Sequence record: SRR22947725_4722
Reading direction: 5' to 3' (one strand)
DNA: 36,771 nt
Shown here: positions 32,822 through 36,771 of the stretch, piece by piece
Layout of the letters: each line of letters opens with the position of its first letter
How positions within the stretch are numbered: the stretch's first letter is position 1
Notes under the pieces: generated by a model
Database searches by the model: none
Told to the model about the DNA's origin: nothing
The model's input: the letters and a program-made list of their open reading frames with translations, nothing else
Program-made: the position numbers and the translations under genes

Positions 32822-32912
32822 AGTGGTTGGGCGTTTCTACTAGGGCCACCACACGGGTGTCTGGCGGCACGTGGACAGGACAAAAAGCCCCTGAGGGCAA
32901 GTATTCAGTCTA
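32822..32912 (-). promoter_or_regulatory. rpsA promoter (-10 TAGACT, 32907-32912) and structured, SD-less 5' leader
   Basis: Hairpin GCCC-UCAG-GGGC plus U5 (32882-32898) and stem GCCGCCA/UGGUGGC (32845-32868); no GGAG before the ATC. Confidence 0.55.
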
Positions 32913-32939
32913 ACCCTGGCGGAAGCAGTAACACAAACT

Positions 32940-35588
32940 CTAGTGAGCGGCTTCGTCCCATTGCGAACCCCAACCCACCTGAACGTCCAGCGGCACCGCT
33001 AACGTCGCGGCACCACCCATTTCCTCAACCACAATGAGCTCGAGGGCTTCGCGCTCGCCCGCGAGAACGTCAAAAACTAGCTCGTCGTGGACCTGCAGAA
33101 CCATGGTCGAACCTAAGCCCTGGGAGGCAATCCTCAACTCAATGCCGATCATTGCCCGCTTGATAATGTCGGCTGCTGTTCCCTGGATAGGTGCATTCAA
33201 TGCTGCCCGCTCTGCCCCTTCCCTCACCATACGGTTCGGGGAAGCTAGCTCGGGAAACGGACGGCGGCGGCCGAAAATCGTTTCGGTGTAACCATCCTTT
33301 TGTGCCTGTTCCACGACGCTGCGCAAGTAGTCGCGTACTTTCCCAAATCGGCGGAAGTACTCCGTCATGAGCTCTTTGGCTTCTCCCGTCGGAATCGAGA
33401 GCTGTTTGGCAAGGCCAAAAGCGGAGAGCCCATAGGCCAATCCGTAACTCATCGCCTTCACCTTGGTCCGCATCTCTGCGCTCACCGCGTCTGGCTTCAC
33501 TGCGAAAATGCGAGCCCCCACGAAGCGGTGGAGGTCCTCGCCCGCGTGGAAGGCCTCAATCAGGCCCTCATCGCCGGAGAGGTGGGCCATGATGCGCATT
33601 TCGATCTGCGAATAATCTGCCGTCAGCAGGCCTTCCGCGGGCGGCTTGGCGACAAAGGTCGCCCGAATCTTGTGGCCCATCTCTGTACGGATCGGGATGT
33701 TCTGCAAATTGGGATCGGAAGAGGACAGCCGGCCGGTGCTGGTGCCCGTTTGGTCGAAAGTAGTGTGTAGCCGACCATCAGCAGCGACGGAGCTCTTCAG
33801 GCCCTCGACAATTTGCCGCAGCTTGGTTGCGTCCCGGTGTCGCAGTAACGAGTCAAGGAAAGGGTGGGGATTGGTGAGCTGCAACTCGCCGAGGGCTTGA
33901 GCGTCGGTGGTGTATCCGGTCTTTGTAGCCCGGGTTTTGGGCATGTTCAACTCGTCAAACAACACGGTTTGCAGTTGTTTAGGTGACCCCAGGTTCACAA
34001 CGTGTCCTAGTGCGGCGAAAGCTGCGGCTTCATGGGCGGACACATCTGTAGCGAGAGATTTTTCCAACTCCTCCAATTCCGCTTTGTCGCTGCCGATCCC
34101 CCGCCGCTCCATTCCTGCGAGCACGGAAACCAGCGGCAATTCCATCGATTCCAGAATCCCTCGAGACCCGGCATCAAGGGACGCCTCTAGTTGCGTCCAC
34201 AACCCCAGTGCACACCACGCCTCCCCTCCCACACCGGCGGCATTGTCTTCCGGTAGCAGTTGGTCGGCTCGAGGGGTGGGGAGTTCGACTCCCACGAATT
34301 CTTGCACCAGTTCTGCAAAGCCCCTGGTTTTGCCGGCGGGTTTCTGCAGCCAGGCCGCCAGATGCCCGTCCCCCGAAGGGGAGACTGCTGCCACCCCAAC
34401 ATCCGCAAGAGCGCCCAGTTGTGGTTTGGCGTGAAAATAGACCCACCGGTGGTCATGACGGGTCAGAGCGTCGGCGAGAGGGAGATGATCTTGGCCACCC
34501 CGAATCCAGGGAACCCGAAGGGCGGAATCGCCGTGGGCCAGTCCAATCTCGGAAACGACTCCCCCGCTGTGGCGGACGGTGACACCGATGGCTTCCCCCT
34601 CACGGGAGGACAGCCACTTGGTGAGCTCCTGGTCCACGGTGGTCTGATCTAAGGGTAGAGACACCGTTGCCGGCGAATGCGCTGGAGCCTCGGGGATGTT
34701 ATCGGCGCCCGCCAGTGTCAAAACCCGGTCTTTAAGGGTTCTAAACGCGAGCTTGGTGAAGACCTCGGTCACCGCGGACGCGTCGATCTCGCCGCGGACC
34801 AAATCAGAGAGCTGGACCCCCAAATCAACATCGGTCAGGAGGTGGTTGAGCTGCCGGTTCAAAACCGCTCGCTCTCTTTGCTCCCGAAGGTTGTTTCCGA
34901 CGACACCGGGAATGTCCTCGGCCGCCGCTAAAACGGCGTCCAAAGACCCGTACTGGGTGATCCATTTCACCGCGGTCTTCTCGCCCACCTTGTCGATCCC
35001 GATGAGATTGTCACTGGTTTCACCGACCAGGGCGGCAATTTCAGGGTATTGGTGGGGCTTCACGCCGTAGCGCTCCACCACGGCGGCGGGGGTGTATCGC
35101 TTGAGCTCGGCCACACCACGAGAACTGGGATACAGGACCGTAACCTGGTCGTTGACCAGCTGGAAGGTGTCCCGATCCCCCGAGACCACAAGAACCTCGA
35201 ACCCTGCGTTCGCGCCGGTTGTGGCAAGGGTTGCGAGGATGTCGTCTGCTTCATAGTCTTCCTTCGTCAACGTGACAACACCCATGGCGTGGAGCGCTTC
35301 TTCCAGGAGCGGTACCTGTCCGATGAACTCGGCGGGGGTTTCTCCCCGAGTGCCCTTGTATTCGGGATAGATCCGTGTTCGGAAGGAAAACCTGGAGAGA
35401 TCGAAAGCAACCGCAAGGTGGGTGGGGTTCTCTTTTTTCAGGAGCCCCAACAGCATCGAAATGAACCCGTGAATGGCATTGGTGTGCTGGCCGGCAGGAG
35501 TCACAAAACTATCCACGGGGAGCGCGTAAAAAGCCCGGAAAGCAAGGGAGTGCCCGTCGATAACCATCAAGGTAGGCTTGTCGCTCAC
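32940..35588 (-). CDS. polA: DNA polymerase I
   Basis: IDGHSLAFRAFYAL, YEADD, TGRLSSSDPNLQNIP, ADYSQIEMR, NAPIQGTAADI, LQVHDELV; -10 TAGGCT (35595-35600) 6 nt before the GTG. Confidence 0.98.
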   Translation of the reverse strand: MSDKPTLMVIDGHSLAFRAFYALPVDSFVTPAGQHTNAIHGFISMLLGLLKKENPTHLAVAFDLSRFSFRTRIYPEYKGTRGETPAEFIGQVPLLEEALHAMGVVTLTKEDYEADDILATLATTGANAGFEVLVVSGDRDTFQLVNDQVTVLYPSSRGVAELKRYTPAAVVERYGVKPHQYPEIAALVGETSDNLIGIDKVGEKTAVKWITQYGSLDAVLAAAEDIPGVVGNNLREQRERAVLNRQLNHLLTDVDLGVQLSDLVRGEIDASAVTEVFTKLAFRTLKDRVLTLAGADNIPEAPAHSPATVSLPLDQTTVDQELTKWLSSREGEAIGVTVRHSGGVVSEIGLAHGDSALRVPWIRGGQDHLPLADALTRHDHRWVYFHAKPQLGALADVGVAAVSPSGDGHLAAWLQKPAGKTRGFAELVQEFVGVELPTPRADQLLPEDNAAGVGGEAWCALGLWTQLEASLDAGSRGILESMELPLVSVLAGMERRGIGSDKAELEELEKSLATDVSAHEAAAFAALGHVVNLGSPKQLQTVLFDELNMPKTRATKTGYTTDAQALGELQLTNPHPFLDSLLRHRDATKLRQIVEGLKSSVAADGRLHTTFDQTGTSTGRLSSSDPNLQNIPIRTEMGHKIRATFVAKPPAEGLLTADYSQIEMRIMAHLSGDEGLIEAFHAGEDLHRFVGARIFAVKPDAVSAEMRTKVKAMSYGLAYGLSAFGLAKQLSIPTGEAKELMTEYFRRFGKVRDYLRSVVEQAQKDGYTETIFGRRRPFPELASPNRMVREGAERAALNAPIQGTAADIIKRAMIGIELRIASQGLGSTMVLQVHDELVFDVLAGEREALELIVVEEMGGAATLAVPLDVQVGWGSQWDEAAH

Positions 35589-35630
35589 AGGCTCAGCCTA
35601 TCGGGCTGACCGAAACGGCTAGGAGCCTCG

Positions 35631-36062
35631 ATGTCTCTCTTCCCTCCGAATATGGACCCCGAACTGGTGGCCCGACTCATCGAAACCGGTGGCGGCCAAC
35701 TGGCCAAGAAGATGGGTATTGAATTTCTCGAACTCGGAGCAGAGCGGTCCGTGGCGACGATGCCGGTGGAAGGCAATCGCCAAGTGATCGGCCTCCTCCA
35801 CGGCGGCGCCCACGTGGTCCTAGCCGAATCTCTCGGTTCGATGTCCTCCGCCATTCATGCAGGACCTGGTCGGATCGCGGTGGGAATCGAAATCAATGCG
35901 ACCCACTCCAAGGCCGCCACTGAGGGCCTCGTCACCGCGACCTGCGAAGCACTTTCACTCGGTCGAAGCCTCGCCACTCACCAAATCACCGTGCGCGACG
36001 AAGCGGGCAGCCGACTTTCGACGGTCCGAATGACGAACTTCCTGAAGGATCAGCGGGTCTAA
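35631..36062 (+). CDS. PaaI/hotdog-fold thioesterase (MenI/ComA2-like)
   Basis: MPVEGNRQVIGLLHGGAHVVLAESLGS, GIEINATH; AGGAG SD. Confidence 0.88.
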   Translation: MSLFPPNMDPELVARLIETGGGQLAKKMGIEFLELGAERSVATMPVEGNRQVIGLLHGGAHVVLAESLGSMSSAIHAGPGRIAVGIEINATHSKAATEGLVTATCEALSLGRSLATHQITVRDEAGSRLSTVRMTNFLKDQRV

Positions 36063-36679
36063 ATGTCAGGGTTGTCGGATTTATCCGCCAGCTGCCCGAT
36101 CACCGTCTCCGCGACCTCGCGCATTGTTAGCCGGCGGTCCATCGATGCTTTCTGAATCCAGCGGAAGGCTTCCGGTTCGGGCAAACCCATCGTGTTATTA
36201 AGAATGCCTTTGGCCCGGTCCAGGATTTTTCTCGTCTCGAGCCTTTCGGCCAGGTCGCTCACTTCATCCTCGAGAGCTTCAATCTGCTGGTAGCGCGAAA
36301 GAGCGACTTCGATCGCCGGGATGAGATCGTTAGGCCCGAAAGGTTTAACCACATAGGCGAGCGCCCCGGCTTCGGCCGCGCGCTCCACGAGTTCTCGCTG
36401 GGAAAAGGCAGTCAGGAGGACGACGGGCGCCAATTTCTTACGATTGATAATCTCCGCAGCAGAAATCCCATCAAGGAGCGGCATTTTCACGTCCATCACC
36501 ACCAGATCTGGTTTCAACTCTTCAACCAGCGCGACAGCTTTTTCACCGTCTGCGGCTTCTGCAACCACCTCGAATCCGTTGTCCTGCAGTGTTTCGACAA
36601 TGTCGATACGGATCAACGACTCGTCTTCGGCCACCACAACACGCCGTCTGGGGGGACCTGGGCTCTCGTTTTCACTCAC
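36059..36679 (-). CDS. pdtaR: ANTAR-domain response regulator (PdtaR/Rv1626-like)
   Basis: Receiver domain VVAEDE...MDVKMP...LTAF...VKP plus ANTAR domain RKILDRAKGIL...EAFRWIQKASMDRR; same neighbourhood as Rv1626 (polA, tRNA-Leu). -10 TAGGCT (36686-36691) 6 nt before the GTG. Confidence 0.9.
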   Translation of the reverse strand: MSENESPGPPRRRVVVAEDESLIRIDIVETLQDNGFEVVAEAADGEKAVALVEELKPDLVVMDVKMPLLDGISAAEIINRKKLAPVVLLTAFSQRELVERAAEAGALAYVVKPFGPNDLIPAIEVALSRYQQIEALEDEVSDLAERLETRKILDRAKGILNNTMGLPEPEAFRWIQKASMDRRLTMREVAETVIGQLADKSDNPDI

Positions 36680-36725
36680 CCTGCAAGCCTAGGGTATGGT
36701 CTAGTAGCGCACCTTGGTGCGACTG

Positions 36726-36771
36726 GCCGGATTGGCGGAATGGCAGACGCGGAGCACTCAAAATGCTTTGT
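36726..36771 (+). tRNA. tRNA-Leu(CAA), 5' part (truncated by window end)
   Basis: Acceptor strand GCCGGAT, D-arm TGGCGGAATGGCAGACGC, anticodon stem GAGCA/TGCTT around loop CT-CAA-AA (anticodon 36759-36761). Confidence 0.92.

Noticed and set aside
35595-35616. PafBC/RecA-NDp-like promoter for polA (TTTCGG-N9-TAGGCT)
   Set aside because: It has one mismatch and the wrong spacing relative to TGTCGG-N10-TANNNT.
36726-36771. tRNA-Leu as a genomic-island integration site
   Set aside because: The 3' end is outside the window, and no integrase or att duplicate is visible.

Overview
Dense, almost gap-free core-genome segment of a high-GC actinobacterium. Gene content and order suggest a streamlined Microbacteriaceae; this is inferred, with no search run. 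Order: rpmE2 (partial), orphan ABC ATPase, glgC-serB, fabG, DUF3099-small Cys/His protein-SURF1, an ABC-F ATPase downstream of a reduced suf operon (sufB-sufD-Rieske ferredoxin-sufC-sufT), ctaA/ctaB, tkt-tal-pgi, rbpA-secG-tpiA-pgk-gap-sodA-whiA-rapZ-uvrC-uvrA-uvrB-coaE-rpsA-polA (all minus strand), PaaI thioesterase, ANTAR response regulator, and the 5' part of tRNA-Leu(CAA). I see no mobile element, prophage, CRISPR array or defence island, and no clearly new multi-gene system. The most unusual signals concern translation and gene loss. (1) rpsA has no ATG/GTG/TTG before its conserved N-terminal motif and appears to start at ATC, behind a structured leader with no Shine-Dalgarno (SD). (2) Eight genes, including uvrA, uvrB and polA, look leaderless, with TANNNT 6-7 nt before the start codon. 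(3) All five convergent gene pairs overlap, leaving no room for terminators. (4) zwf-opcA-pgl, glgM/glgA, yvcK and sufR/S/U are missing from loci where other actinobacteria carry them. Several starts in the ORF track were corrected.
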